DNA of 64,000 bases, from assembly GCA_022843285.1 (NCBI GenBank), contig JALHNY010000002.1, forward strand, positions 21,124-85,123. The letters run 5' to 3'. Position 1 is the first letter of the stretch; every line of letters starts with the position of its first letter. Shown piece by piece: positions 19,077 to 28,332 of this stretch. The notes under the pieces are model-generated. The model worked only from the letters and a program-made list of their open reading frames with translations, was not told where the DNA came from and ran no database searches. The DNA comes from Minisyncoccota bacterium (GTDB lineage Bacteria > Patescibacteriota > Minisyncoccia > UBA6257 > 2-01-FULL-56-20). Made by a program: the position numbers and the translations under genes.

Positions 19077-19137
19077 TCATCGTGTGCGCTGGAGACCTCT
19101 ACTTCGGTCTGCTATTTCTCCCTTTTCTCCCGCTTTT

Positions 19138-20055
19138 CTACGGGCTCGGTTCCCTCAACATATAGTGGCCGCTGGTAGGAGTTACGAGTATGTCGTCTAT
19201 GCCCGCATACGCTTTCTTGATGCTGCTTTTCATCTTGTGGCACACCTTCTGTGCCGCGTCAGCAACATCGTGGCCGAGCTTCTTTTTCATATAAGCAGCG
19301 ATGTCCCTATGCGTTGCTTGCTCCTGCCAGTGCTCCCAGAGGTAGCTCAGGAAGTGGTGCTCGGGGCTATTGAGGCCCGCCGTGTAGACGAGAGTGCCGT
19401 CCACAAAGAGCTGCGCCTGCGACGGGTCAAAGCGGACGCGCCGCCCACCCTCCATACGCGCCTTGAACGCCTGCGCATCAAAGAGTGTTTTTGCCCTGGG
19501 CTTTGCCAAGATGTCCGCGAGGGCACACTGGCGCGTGGCGTCCGCTCCAGCGGCAAGCGATACCTCGGCGAGGTTCGTGAGCAATACCCTCGGCTCGTTC
19601 CCCATCGTGGCGAAGCGCAAGGATGCCTCCTGAGCGTCGTGCGTGCGGAGATAAAAGACCTGCGTCGTGGCGGTCTCCGTCGTATAGCTTCCCAGGGCCG
19701 AGAAGGGGTCGCCTGAACGCGCCGTCGCGTCAGCCGCTTGGATGCCTAGCTCCTGGGCAATCAGCTCAGTGAAGGCAGGGTGGTCGTATTCGTATACCGT
19801 TAGCTTCTCGTCCGTGAGGAGCTTCTTCCCGCCACCGTTCTCGCACACATAGGAGAGCACGCCATCGTCGTTCCGTACCTGGCACTCGTGCCCTTCGTTG
19901 CAGAGCCCGCACTCCACGCTCTCCAGATTGGAGACCCGCTTGAGGACTTTCTTGGCAACCAGCGCGGCGAACCCCACCTCGTGCCCCTTCTTATCGGCAA
20001 TGCCGAAAGAGACGCGTGAGGAGCGTGCGGTGATGCGCTCCAGGAACCAGCGCAT
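19138..20055 (-). CDS. hypothetical protein with a Cys cluster (ECGLCNEGHECQV...YVCENGG), island cargo
   Basis: 305 aa, lower-GC codon usage, no recognizable enzymatic motif. Confidence 0.55.
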   Translation of the reverse strand: MRWFLERITARSSRVSFGIADKKGHEVGFAALVAKKVLKRVSNLESVECGLCNEGHECQVRNDDGVLSYVCENGGGKKLLTDEKLTVYEYDHPAFTELIAQELGIQAADATARSGDPFSALGSYTTETATTQVFYLRTHDAQEASLRFATMGNEPRVLLTNLAEVSLAAGADATRQCALADILAKPRAKTLFDAQAFKARMEGGRRVRFDPSQAQLFVDGTLVYTAGLNSPEHHFLSYLWEHWQEQATHRDIAAYMKKKLGHDVADAAQKVCHKMKSSIKKAYAGIDDILVTPTSGHYMLREPSP

Positions 20056-20059
20056 TGGT

Positions 20060-21220
20060 TTATGCGACCGCGATGCCCCAGTCTTTCAACAGCCTACGCA
20101 CCGTATCGTCCTGGGCGCGGTTCTTGAGGTCGCAGTTGTTCGGAGGCGAGATAGTAACCGAGACCTGCTTGCGGCGACCCTTGCCCACCTGGGCGAATAT
20201 GACCGTGATTGTGATGCTCTCCGTCTCCCATCCGTCGTTCCTGTCCAGCCCGAGCTCCTTGAGGATTTCTTGCACGGCATCGGTGCCCGTGTACTGCCCC
20301 TTCCCGCGCACATCAATGAACAGCCTGTGCGGTACGCCCTTGCTCTTGAGGCGGATGGACTTGAGGAAGGAGCGCTCCACGCCATAAGAGCTGTCAGCGA
20401 CGAGCGTGAGCTTTGAGAGGTCGGTCGTGGGCGCGAGCGAATAGCGCGGCTCCTCGGTATTGAGGTCGCTGATGCCGAGGAAGTGCTTGGCAAAGCGCAG
20501 CTGGAGGTCCCTGACTATATCCTTGCCGCCAATGGCACGGACGCCGAGGTGCATTAGCTCGGGCTTATAAATGAAGATGGCGTCAAAGACGGGCTTGCGG
20601 GTGATTTTCTCGTCCAGCTTGCCGTCAACGAAGGCGGTATCGCGCGTCGGCAGGTCCTCCAGGTAAGCGCGAAGGATGATGTTCTCGCCCTCTCGGAAAG
20701 CCTTTATCTTGCACTGCTCGCCCTTGTAAGTGTTCTTATACGCGGCACGCACCTCCGCCTCAAACGCATTTATCTGCGCATCGGTGATTTCGTCCACGGG
20801 CTTCGTGCTCGGGAGCGACACCTCGGTAACAGCGTGGCTCTCTATGTTGGCTCGGCTGTAGTAGGTATCAAACTCGTCTGGATAGTTGATGTAAGCCAGC
20901 AGCGCACGCTCGTCGTTGTTCTGAGCCCGCTTCTCAATGTGCTCGGTGCGATTGATATCAGGGAAGTAGTCGCAGAGCGCCTTGATGTGGTTCTCCGAGG
21001 ACAGGGAGTTGATATAGGCGAACTCCATAAACACGCGGTCGCGTACCTGCTCGTCCTGTTCGTGCATAAAGACCATAAAGCGGTCCGCGCAGTCCTCGCG
21101 GCTCTCATCCTTCGGACCAGACGGGAAAGTAACGCCGTGGCGCTTCTGGAGGTACTCGGCGAGAAGCTCGCAGCTTATGTGCTGCGCGAAATCACGCGGG
21201 TCAGAGTAATGCGATGCCAT
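20060..21220 (-). CDS. hypothetical protein, island cargo (386 aa)
   Basis: Tandem with 19138..20055 (5-nt gap); no recognizable domain by eye. Confidence 0.55.
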   Translation of the reverse strand: MASHYSDPRDFAQHISCELLAEYLQKRHGVTFPSGPKDESREDCADRFMVFMHEQDEQVRDRVFMEFAYINSLSSENHIKALCDYFPDINRTEHIEKRAQNNDERALLAYINYPDEFDTYYSRANIESHAVTEVSLPSTKPVDEITDAQINAFEAEVRAAYKNTYKGEQCKIKAFREGENIILRAYLEDLPTRDTAFVDGKLDEKITRKPVFDAIFIYKPELMHLGVRAIGGKDIVRDLQLRFAKHFLGISDLNTEEPRYSLAPTTDLSKLTLVADSSYGVERSFLKSIRLKSKGVPHRLFIDVRGKGQYTGTDAVQEILKELGLDRNDGWETESITITVIFAQVGKGRRKQVSVTISPPNNCDLKNRAQDDTVRRLLKDWGIAVA

Positions 21221-21300
21221 TGTAATCGTAATGGGGAGGGCCGCTTCATCAGTGCGCGGATTTACCGCGTGAGCCCGATACTGTAAGGTAATGGTACTAA

Positions 21301-21522
21301 ATGGAGCGCACTAAGCAACCAAAGCAGGGGAATGGCAAGCTGCCTGAGCTCCTGACGCTCAAAGAGGCCAGTGAAATCCTCAAAGTCCATCCCAACACGC
21401 TCCGCGCCTGGGATAAGAAGGGCATCCTCGTTGCTATACGGTTTGGAGAGCGGGGCGTTCGCCGTTATCGTAAGGACGACATCCTGAAGCTCATCTCACA
21501 GCCACGCCACTCACCAAAATGA
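21301..21522 (+). CDS. MerR/excisionase-family HTH DNA-binding protein (Xis-like, or the R-M controller)
   Basis: LLTLKEASEILKVHPNTLRAWDKKGILVAIRFGERGVRRYRKDDI = HTH_17-like. Confidence 0.65.
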   Translation: MERTKQPKQGNGKLPELLTLKEASEILKVHPNTLRAWDKKGILVAIRFGERGVRRYRKDDILKLISQPRHSPK

Positions 21523-21577
21523 CCTAATCACACCCAAAAAACATCTGCCTAAACCAGCACGGCACGGCAGAAAATAT

Positions 21578-21624
21578 CCCGACCAAGATAGTACGCTGTC
21601 CATCTATGGGCACTCTTGGTCGGG
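21578..21624. promoter_or_regulatory. 11-bp inverted repeat cccgaccaaga N25 tcttggtcggg (candidate operator) upstream of mod; a third half-site cccgaccaa at 21717-21725 abuts the mod ATG
   Basis: Read directly in the sequence; lies between the HTH gene and mod. Confidence 0.45.
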
Positions 21625-21729
21625 TCGCAGTCCGAAAGGTCTGTGGGCAGTCCGCGAGGATTGTCGCTTCCGCTAGGTGGGCAGCGTTCTATCGTCCAGA
21701 GCGGAGGCACATAAATCCCGACCAAAAAA

Positions 21730-23529
21730 ATGAAAAGGCCTATTACCATTACCCAAGCAAAGGGGCGTCCGCTGCTGCACTGGGCAGGCAAGCGTCCACT
21801 AGAGAGCGTTCAGTTCTATCCCGCGCAAGAGAAGGAGGTTTACGGCGACAAGAGCGCAAGCGAGTTCAATAAGCTGTTCTGGGGCGACAACCTCCAGGTG
21901 CTTTCGCATCTCTTGCAGGAGTACCGCGGCAAGGTGGACCTCATCTACATTGACCCGCCATTTGATAGTGCGGCCGACTATGTGAAAAAGATAAAAGTGC
22001 GTGGGAGCGTGCTAGAGGCTGCGCCCCAGAGCATTCTGGAAGAAAAGCAGTATACGGATATTTGGGAGAGGGATGAGTATTTGCAGTTTTTGTATGAGCG
22101 ACTTTTGTTGATGCGTGAGCTGCTTTCAGATACGGGAAGTATCTATGTTCATATGGATGAAAAGCGCTCCCATTACATCAAGGTCATATTGGATGAAGTG
22201 TTTGGCCCTGAGAACTTCCAGCGCGAGATTGTTTGGGACATCACGGTTCTTTCAGGTTTCAAGACCATCGCCCAAAACTGGATACGCGGCCACGATACGA
22301 TTTTGTATTACACAAAATCACCCAAAAAGACCTTCAATAAGCTCTATCAGTCCCACACCGAAAAGTACCTCTCTATGTTCAATCGGGAAGATGAAAATGG
22401 TGAGAAGTACTTGGTCGCACACGGCAGTAAGCGCTACCTCAAAGACGTTGAAAGTAAGGGCAAGCCATTCGGCGACGTATGGGATGATATTATGTCTTTT
22501 CAACAGCAGCCTACCGCGGCAGAAAATGTCCAATATCCAACTCAGAAACCAGAGACGCTATTGGAGCGCATCATCAGTGCGTCTTCCAATGAAGGCGACC
22601 TGGTGTTGGATTGCTTCGTAGGTTCAGGCACGACCTGTGCTGTGGCCCAGCGACTGGGACGCCGATGGATAGGGTGCGACATCAATATCGGCGCGATACA
22701 GACGAGCACCAAGCGCCTCAACCAAGTTATTTCCCAGCAGCTCAAGGAAAAGCAGAAGGGTAAGGCTGTTCTCGGTTTCAAGGTGCTGAACGTCAATGAA
22801 TACGATGTCTTCAAGAACGAGGTGGAGGCAAAAGAGATAGTGATGGAAATGTACGGCATTGAGCCCCTCAAGCGTTCGTACTTTGACGGCACGCTGGACG
22901 GCGACTTCGTGAAGGTCCTGCCGCTCAACCGCGTGCTTGGCAAGCTGGATATCCGCTCGCTGCTCAAGGGCATCGGCGACGAGATGGACAGCTTTACTAA
23001 GAAGACCACTACTAAGCACGGCGAGCCTGTGTACCGTGAGAGGGTCAATATCGTTTGTTCGGGGCTTGAGCTGGATGCCCAGGACTTCCTGCGTAAGGAG
23101 AACAAGACGGGCGTAGAGGTGAAAATCCTGGACATCCTGAGCGACACCCGTGACCTGGTGTTCAAGCAGCATCCCGAGGCCAAGCTGAAGGTGCAGGTGA
23201 AGGATAAGAAGCTCTCCCTGGATGTGGCAGCGTTCTACTCGCCGCTCTTGATGCGGAAGCTAGAGTTAGAGAACACTAAGCGCCTCAAGAAGGAGGATGA
23301 GGCCAAGGTGTCCGACTTTAGACAAATCGTTGATAGCGTAACCATAGATATTGATTACGACGGCAAGCTGTTCAACGCCGAGGTAATGGACCTTCCCGAG
23401 AAGGGGGATGTCGTGCAGGGCAAGTACGAGTGGCAGTACACCAAGAAAGGTAAGTACACCGTCGCCGTGAAAATCATTGATGTGCTCGGCGAGGAGTACT
23501 TTGAGACCGTTCCCGTAGAGGTGAAATAG
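21730..23529 (+). CDS. mod: Type III restriction-modification methyltransferase Mod (beta-class N6-A/N4-C MTase)
   Basis: Motif IV DPPF (LIYIDPPFDSAADY) precedes motif I (DCFVGSGTTCAVAQRLGRRWIGCDIN), the beta-class order, with a long TRD in between. Confidence 0.8.
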   Translation: MKRPITITQAKGRPLLHWAGKRPLESVQFYPAQEKEVYGDKSASEFNKLFWGDNLQVLSHLLQEYRGKVDLIYIDPPFDSAADYVKKIKVRGSVLEAAPQSILEEKQYTDIWERDEYLQFLYERLLLMRELLSDTGSIYVHMDEKRSHYIKVILDEVFGPENFQREIVWDITVLSGFKTIAQNWIRGHDTILYYTKSPKKTFNKLYQSHTEKYLSMFNREDENGEKYLVAHGSKRYLKDVESKGKPFGDVWDDIMSFQQQPTAAENVQYPTQKPETLLERIISASSNEGDLVLDCFVGSGTTCAVAQRLGRRWIGCDINIGAIQTSTKRLNQVISQQLKEKQKGKAVLGFKVLNVNEYDVFKNEVEAKEIVMEMYGIEPLKRSYFDGTLDGDFVKVLPLNRVLGKLDIRSLLKGIGDEMDSFTKKTTTKHGEPVYRERVNIVCSGLELDAQDFLRKENKTGVEVKILDILSDTRDLVFKQHPEAKLKVQVKDKKLSLDVAAFYSPLLMRKLELENTKRLKKEDEAKVSDFRQIVDSVTIDIDYDGKLFNAEVMDLPEKGDVVQGKYEWQYTKKGKYTVAVKIIDVLGEEYFETVPVEVK

Positions 23530-23534
23530 GGCTG

Positions 23535-23924
23535 ATGAGCGCTATGATTACCCAGGTAATGGCAGTCGCACACGAGGAGCATCTACAGGGCAAGCTGGAG
23601 CTCGCATTGAGCTGCTACAGCGACATCTTTGAGTTGCTCAGCGAGGAGGCGGACAAGCAGGCGAGCGCTGCCGATGGCACGCGCGTGCAGGTAGGGAGCC
23701 TGACAGTCGCTACGACGCTGCTCTCCGAAGCGAAGAAGAAGCAGTACCTGCGGCGCGACAATCTCGCCGCTATCGTGAGCAATAAGATAGGCGTTATCTA
23801 CGCGGAGCTCGGCCAGGAGGAAGACGCGCTGCACTGGCTTCGCCAGGCGATAGAGCTCACGCCCGACGGCGAGGACTATCCCGAGCCGCAGGACAACCTC
23901 AAGCACCTATACCCTGATGGATAG
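23535..23924 (+). CDS. TPR-repeat protein embedded between mod and res
   Basis: 129 aa; TPR-like helices (LELALSCYSDIFELL..., IGVIYAELGQEEDALHWLRQAIELTPD); starts 6 nt after the mod stop and overlaps the res start by 8 nt. Confidence 0.55.
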   Translation: MSAMITQVMAVAHEEHLQGKLELALSCYSDIFELLSEEADKQASAADGTRVQVGSLTVATTLLSEAKKKQYLRRDNLAAIVSNKIGVIYAELGQEEDALHWLRQAIELTPDGEDYPEPQDNLKHLYPDG

Positions 23925-26442
23925 CCTGTTCCTCAAGAAAATCCAGGAGCGCGTCGCGGAATGGCGCGAAGGCGACTATCAGGGTGTCCTGGACGAGACC
24001 CGTACCATTCTCAGGTACATCAAGACGGTGCGCTTCCTTCACGAGCCGCAGGTGGAGGCGCTGGAGACCTACATCTATCTCAAGGAGGTCCTGGGGAACC
24101 GCCCCTCGGCGGAAGTGTTCGGAGCATCCTTCGGGAATGAGCTGGAGTTCCTGCGAGCCCTCGGTATCACGGATGCGCAGGTCGCCGAGCTCGCCTTTGA
24201 CCCCAGGAAGGACGAGAGGATACAGGAGCTGCTCGGCGCTATGTTCGGCAGGTCCGACTACGCGAACCAGGTCTACGCGCTCACTATGGGTTCGGGGAAG
24301 ACCATCCTGATGGCGACGATGATGGTCTATGACTTCGTGCTCGCGTTCCACCATCCTGACGACGAGCGCTTCGCCAAGAACATCCTGGTGTTCGCGCCAG
24401 ACACGACCATCATAGACAGCCTCAAGGAGATAAAGACCTTTGACTACACCAAGGTCCTCCCGAAGGGCTACCGCAATATCCTACTCAACATCAAGTACCA
24501 CTACCTGGAGAGCCCCGAGACGCCTCTTTCCCCGATAGGCAACTTCAACATCATCGTCTCAAACTCGCAGAAGATAATCCTGAAGCGGAGGTCAGCGGAC
24601 CGTCGCAAGTCGCTGTTTGTTGAGCGCGACAAGAGGCAGATGCAGGAGAACAGCCGCCTCCTGGCAATCCGCCAGCTGGAACGGCTCTCCATCTTCGTGG
24701 ACGAGGCGCACCACAGCTACGGCGAGACGATGGACAAGGAGCTCAAGCGGACGCGCGAGACGATTGGCTACTTGCACGGCAACAAGCCGCTCGTCTCGGT
24801 CGTGAACCTCACGGGCACGCCGTATGTGAAGAACAAGATGGTGGCCGATGTCGTCTATCACTTCGGTCTCAAGGCGGGCATAGAGCGCGGCATCCTCAAG
24901 CAGGTCCGCATTCTGGACTACGGCAACGTGAAGTCGGAGCGGTTCGTTGATGAGGTCGTGGAGACCTTCCTGGGCGAGTACGGCGAGCAGCGTCTTGAGG
25001 GCAGGCTTCCCAAAATCGCCTTCTACGCGGCGAGCATCGCCGAGCTGCGGCAGGAACTCAGGCCAAGGATAGAGAAACTCCTCGCGCAGCGCGGCGTGTC
25101 CCTGGACAAGGTGCTGGAGTACCACACCGCGGCGGAAGGCAACAAGGATGAGTTCAAGCGGCTTGATACGGCGGAGAGCAACAAGCAGTTCGTGCTTCTC
25201 GTAGGCAAGGGGACGGAGGGCTGGAACTGCCGCTCGCTGGTGGCGTGCGCACTCTATCGTAAGCCCAAGAGCACCATATTCGTGCTCCAGTCCTCAACGC
25301 GCTGCCTGCGTTCCATCGGCGACAACTCCACCATCGGCCGCATCTTCCTGTCTCGCGAGAACTACCAGGTGCTGGACAAGGAGCTGCGCAGCAACTTCTC
25401 TGTCAGCGCGAGCGAGCTCTCGGCACAGGACCAGCGGACGGTTGACCACGAGCTGAAGGTGGAGAAGCGCAAGACGATTACGGTCAAGAAGGTCCTCAAG
25501 GAGGTGGTCTCCGCGAAATCCGTGGACGCCTCGCGCATCAAGGTGGACTTCAAGCGTTTCAAGCCAGCCGACTACCAGGCCTATGTGAGCGAGGGCGGCA
25601 TCCTGCTCGGCGCGAACAAGCGGGCTGGTTACAAGGAGGCGCGGGCAGTCCGCAAAATCAGCGAGACGGGGGACTTCACCTACTACGAGATTGTGGAGCT
25701 TATCAATCGGCATACGCACCTGCCGTGCTCGGTCGTTGACGACATCCTCTCTGGCAGCGGCAAGACGCAGGAGGCGCTGGTGCGGGATGCCAACAAGACG
25801 CCAGCCCTCGTGCCTTTCCTCATCCAGGAGGTCCTGATGGCTGCCTACCAGTACGAGGAGCGCACCGAGGTGGTGGAGGAGGAGCTTGAGCTGACCAAGC
25901 TGTTCCCGTTCAAGATAAGCGTCCAGAAAGGCAGGAGCGCCCTGGTCGTGTATCGGGAGGAGGGAGAGGAGGACGGGCACACAGGCCGCCTAGGGTTCCA
26001 CATCAATCCTTACAGCTTTGACAGCGGGGACGAAAAGGACCTGTTTCGTTACCTGCGCGACTACCTGGAGAAGGACGAGGGTATCGCGGACATCTACTTC
26101 ACGGGCGGCGCTCCCTACGCAGTCCATAACGACTTCCACTTTGAGTACTGGAGCCCCGAGCTCAGGCGGATGGCACGCTACTTCCCCGACTTCCTCATTG
26201 AAACCACGAAGGGTCGCTACCTGGTCGTGGAGGTGAAGGGGAACGACGAGAAGCTGGATTACGAGGCGAACCAGAAGTCCTATAAGGGCAAGCGAGAGCA
26301 GCTGACCAACGAGGTCTTCGCCAAGGAGGTGGGCTTCACCGAGTTCCAGAAGGTGAACAAAGGGTTTGAGTACCGCATCGTCTTCAACGCGACCGCGAAG
26401 CAAGCCCAGATGCGCCTCCTGGAAGACATCAAGCGCCTATGA
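23917..26442 (+). CDS. res: Type III restriction enzyme Res subunit (SF2 helicase-nuclease)
   Basis: Walker A TMGSGKT, DEAH box FVDEAHH, and a helicase C-terminal region; 841 aa. Confidence 0.8.
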   Translation: MDSLFLKKIQERVAEWREGDYQGVLDETRTILRYIKTVRFLHEPQVEALETYIYLKEVLGNRPSAEVFGASFGNELEFLRALGITDAQVAELAFDPRKDERIQELLGAMFGRSDYANQVYALTMGSGKTILMATMMVYDFVLAFHHPDDERFAKNILVFAPDTTIIDSLKEIKTFDYTKVLPKGYRNILLNIKYHYLESPETPLSPIGNFNIIVSNSQKIILKRRSADRRKSLFVERDKRQMQENSRLLAIRQLERLSIFVDEAHHSYGETMDKELKRTRETIGYLHGNKPLVSVVNLTGTPYVKNKMVADVVYHFGLKAGIERGILKQVRILDYGNVKSERFVDEVVETFLGEYGEQRLEGRLPKIAFYAASIAELRQELRPRIEKLLAQRGVSLDKVLEYHTAAEGNKDEFKRLDTAESNKQFVLLVGKGTEGWNCRSLVACALYRKPKSTIFVLQSSTRCLRSIGDNSTIGRIFLSRENYQVLDKELRSNFSVSASELSAQDQRTVDHELKVEKRKTITVKKVLKEVVSAKSVDASRIKVDFKRFKPADYQAYVSEGGILLGANKRAGYKEARAVRKISETGDFTYYEIVELINRHTHLPCSVVDDILSGSGKTQEALVRDANKTPALVPFLIQEVLMAAYQYEERTEVVEEELELTKLFPFKISVQKGRSALVVYREEGEEDGHTGRLGFHINPYSFDSGDEKDLFRYLRDYLEKDEGIADIYFTGGAPYAVHNDFHFEYWSPELRRMARYFPDFLIETTKGRYLVVEVKGNDEKLDYEANQKSYKGKREQLTNEVFAKEVGFTEFQKVNKGFEYRIVFNATAKQAQMRLLEDIKRL

Positions 26443-26939
26443 AGCTCCTACTGCTCATCATCGTGCTCGCTGGGCTCGCGGCACTTGCCGTATGGAAGAC
26501 GCGCGAGGAGGGCGGCGTTGAAGCAGCGAAGTACCACTACAAGCGGCGGGGTTTCCTGATGTCCCGTGCCGAGCACGAGTGCTACGACGCCTTGCTCGCG
26601 GCCGTCGGCGGCGAGTACCACATCTTCGCCCAGGTGCATCTGCCGAACCTCGTGGACAGCAAGGTAGTGGGGCAGAACTGGCGCGGCGCGTTCAAGCACA
26701 TCAGCCAGAAGTCCGTGGACTTCGTACTCTGCGACAAGGCGTACATCGCGCCGCGGCTCGCCATTGAGCTGGACGACAGGAGCCACGAGCTACCCGAGCG
26801 GCAGATACGCGACGCCGAGGTTGAGCGCATCCTGCGCGAGGCAGGTGTGCCCCTGCTCCGTTTACAGAACCGCGGCAGCTTCAATCCCGTGGAGCTCGCG
26901 CAACAGGTCCGAGAAGCAGTAGCGCCAGGGGTGGGGTGA
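26439..26939 (+). CDS. DUF2726 (NERD/PD-(D/E)xK-like) domain protein coupled to res
   Basis: ATGA overlap with the res stop; N-terminal TM; conserved ...CYDALLAAVGGEYHIFAQV...DFVLCDK...IELDDRSHE pattern. Confidence 0.55.
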   Translation: MKLLLLIIVLAGLAALAVWKTREEGGVEAAKYHYKRRGFLMSRAEHECYDALLAAVGGEYHIFAQVHLPNLVDSKVVGQNWRGAFKHISQKSVDFVLCDKAYIAPRLAIELDDRSHELPERQIRDAEVERILREAGVPLLRLQNRGSFNPVELAQQVREAVAPGVG

Positions 26940-27589
26940 ACATCTACCTGGACATAGACGGCGTGCTCCTCACCAAGAAGGGGGAGCCAGCCGAGGGCGT
27001 AGCGGGCTTCCTGCGTCGCGCCGTGGCCTCCCACGAGGTCTACTGGCTCACGACCCACTGTAAGGGCGATACAGGCCCCGTGGTGGCCCACCTGCGCCAC
27101 AGGCTGCCCCAGGAGGCCGTAGAGCTACTCCAGGGCATCAGGCCGACCACCTGGGGCTTCCTCAAGACGGATGCCCTGGATTTCAGCCAGGACTTCCTTT
27201 GGTTTGACGACTACCTGATGGATGCCGAGAAAGTGGTCCTGGAGCGGCACGGCAGTCTCCAGAAGCTCGTAGGAATGATTTGCCATTCGTATGGCCTCGC
27301 AGAGCCCGCATCGCTCTCAGGGCGCATCCACATTGAGCACGGCCTGGTAATCAGCGCATCGCCCGATGCCGTCTTAGGTCTCTACCGCGATGTCGCGGCC
27401 GACCGAGAGGCCGTTGAGAGCGCCTTCTGCTACTACGCGCTCTTGCTTCTGAAGGAGGGTGAGCGGGGAGGCAACTTCACGATTGAGCGCATCAAGGAGC
27501 TGTTGGAGAGCGACAAGGACCTCGCTGGCTCAAGGGCAGCCGCGCTGCTCAAGTCCTATCTCCTGAGAGCGGACGCTTCCTGGTCCTGA
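26936..27589 (+). CDS. HAD-superfamily-like hydrolase, hypothetical
   Basis: GTGA start/stop overlap with the previous gene; N-terminal HAD motif I-like IYLDIDGVLL. Confidence 0.5.
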   Translation: MNIYLDIDGVLLTKKGEPAEGVAGFLRRAVASHEVYWLTTHCKGDTGPVVAHLRHRLPQEAVELLQGIRPTTWGFLKTDALDFSQDFLWFDDYLMDAEKVVLERHGSLQKLVGMICHSYGLAEPASLSGRIHIEHGLVISASPDAVLGLYRDVAADREAVESAFCYYALLLLKEGERGGNFTIERIKELLESDKDLAGSRAAALLKSYLLRADASWS

Positions 27590-27593
27590 GCGA

Positions 27594-27923
27594 TTAGAAG
27601 CAGAAGGTATCGGTCTCGCTGCACACGCGGTCCACGTTGTCCTCAACATCGTCCATTCTCTCCTGGAGGTCGTAGATTTCGCTCTCCGCCCATCCGCCAT
27701 CTCCGTCATTCACCTTGTCCTCCAGGTCGCTGATGCGCGAACCGTAACTGCTCTGTCCGTAAGAGGAGCTCTCCACATCGTCAATCCTCTCATTGAGGCC
27801 AGCTATCTGCGCCCACTGCCAGAAGAACGCAATCACGAGTATGGCGATGATGATAGAAGCGGCCTTATTGCCTTTCACCCACGCCTTGAGGTCTGCCAGG
27901 CGATTGCCGTGCGGGGTGCTCAT
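27594..27923 (-). CDS. small hypothetical membrane protein with acidic DDVE repeats
   Basis: 109 aa, one TM helix (AASIIIAILVIAFFWQWAQIAGL). Confidence 0.45.
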   Translation of the reverse strand: MSTPHGNRLADLKAWVKGNKAASIIIAILVIAFFWQWAQIAGLNERIDDVESSSYGQSSYGSRISDLEDKVNDGDGGWAESEIYDLQERMDDVEDNVDRVCSETDTFCF

Positions 27924-27933
27924 TGTCTCGCGC

Positions 27934-28179
27934 TCAGGGGTGGAACTTCGGGTTAGGGTTCCTTCCTATCACCTCAAGCGTGTCCTGGTGGAGGATGCGC
28001 CCGCAATCGGCGCAGACATACAGGCCGTCCCAGTCGCTGCCGATTACTGGCTCCATCTCGTTGCCCTCCTTGTCGCAGGGATAGAAGCCGCCTCCAGAGG
28101 GGGTGTTGCCGCAGATGCAAATCCAGGCCTCGTCGTTATCTGGCTCGTGGGTGATACGTTCCTTGGTCGGGGTTTCCAT
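27934..28179 (-). CDS. small zinc-ribbon protein
   Basis: CICGN...CDKEG...CADCGR motifs. Confidence 0.45.
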   Translation of the reverse strand: METPTKERITHEPDNDEAWICICGNTPSGGGFYPCDKEGNEMEPVIGSDWDGLYVCADCGRILHQDTLEVIGRNPNPKFHP

Positions 28180-28232
28180 AATGCTCTAAGCGTACCGCAT
28201 CAGGCTCTAAAACAAAGGGCTTTTCTGCTACA

Positions 28233-28261
28233 TAGACATTTCTCTCCGTATTATGTATAAT
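28233..28261 (+). promoter_or_regulatory. promoter of the DGR target gene (TAGACA-17 nt-TGnTATAAT extended -10)
   Basis: tagaca at 28233-28238; tgtataat at 28254-28261; the aggaga SD precedes ATG 28333. Confidence 0.5.
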
Positions 28262-28332
28262 ATGGATAGTTTCAGGAGGCGCTGCACGGCAGTTGCTCAC
28301 CCGAAATCAAAAGAGAATATAGGAGAAAAGAA

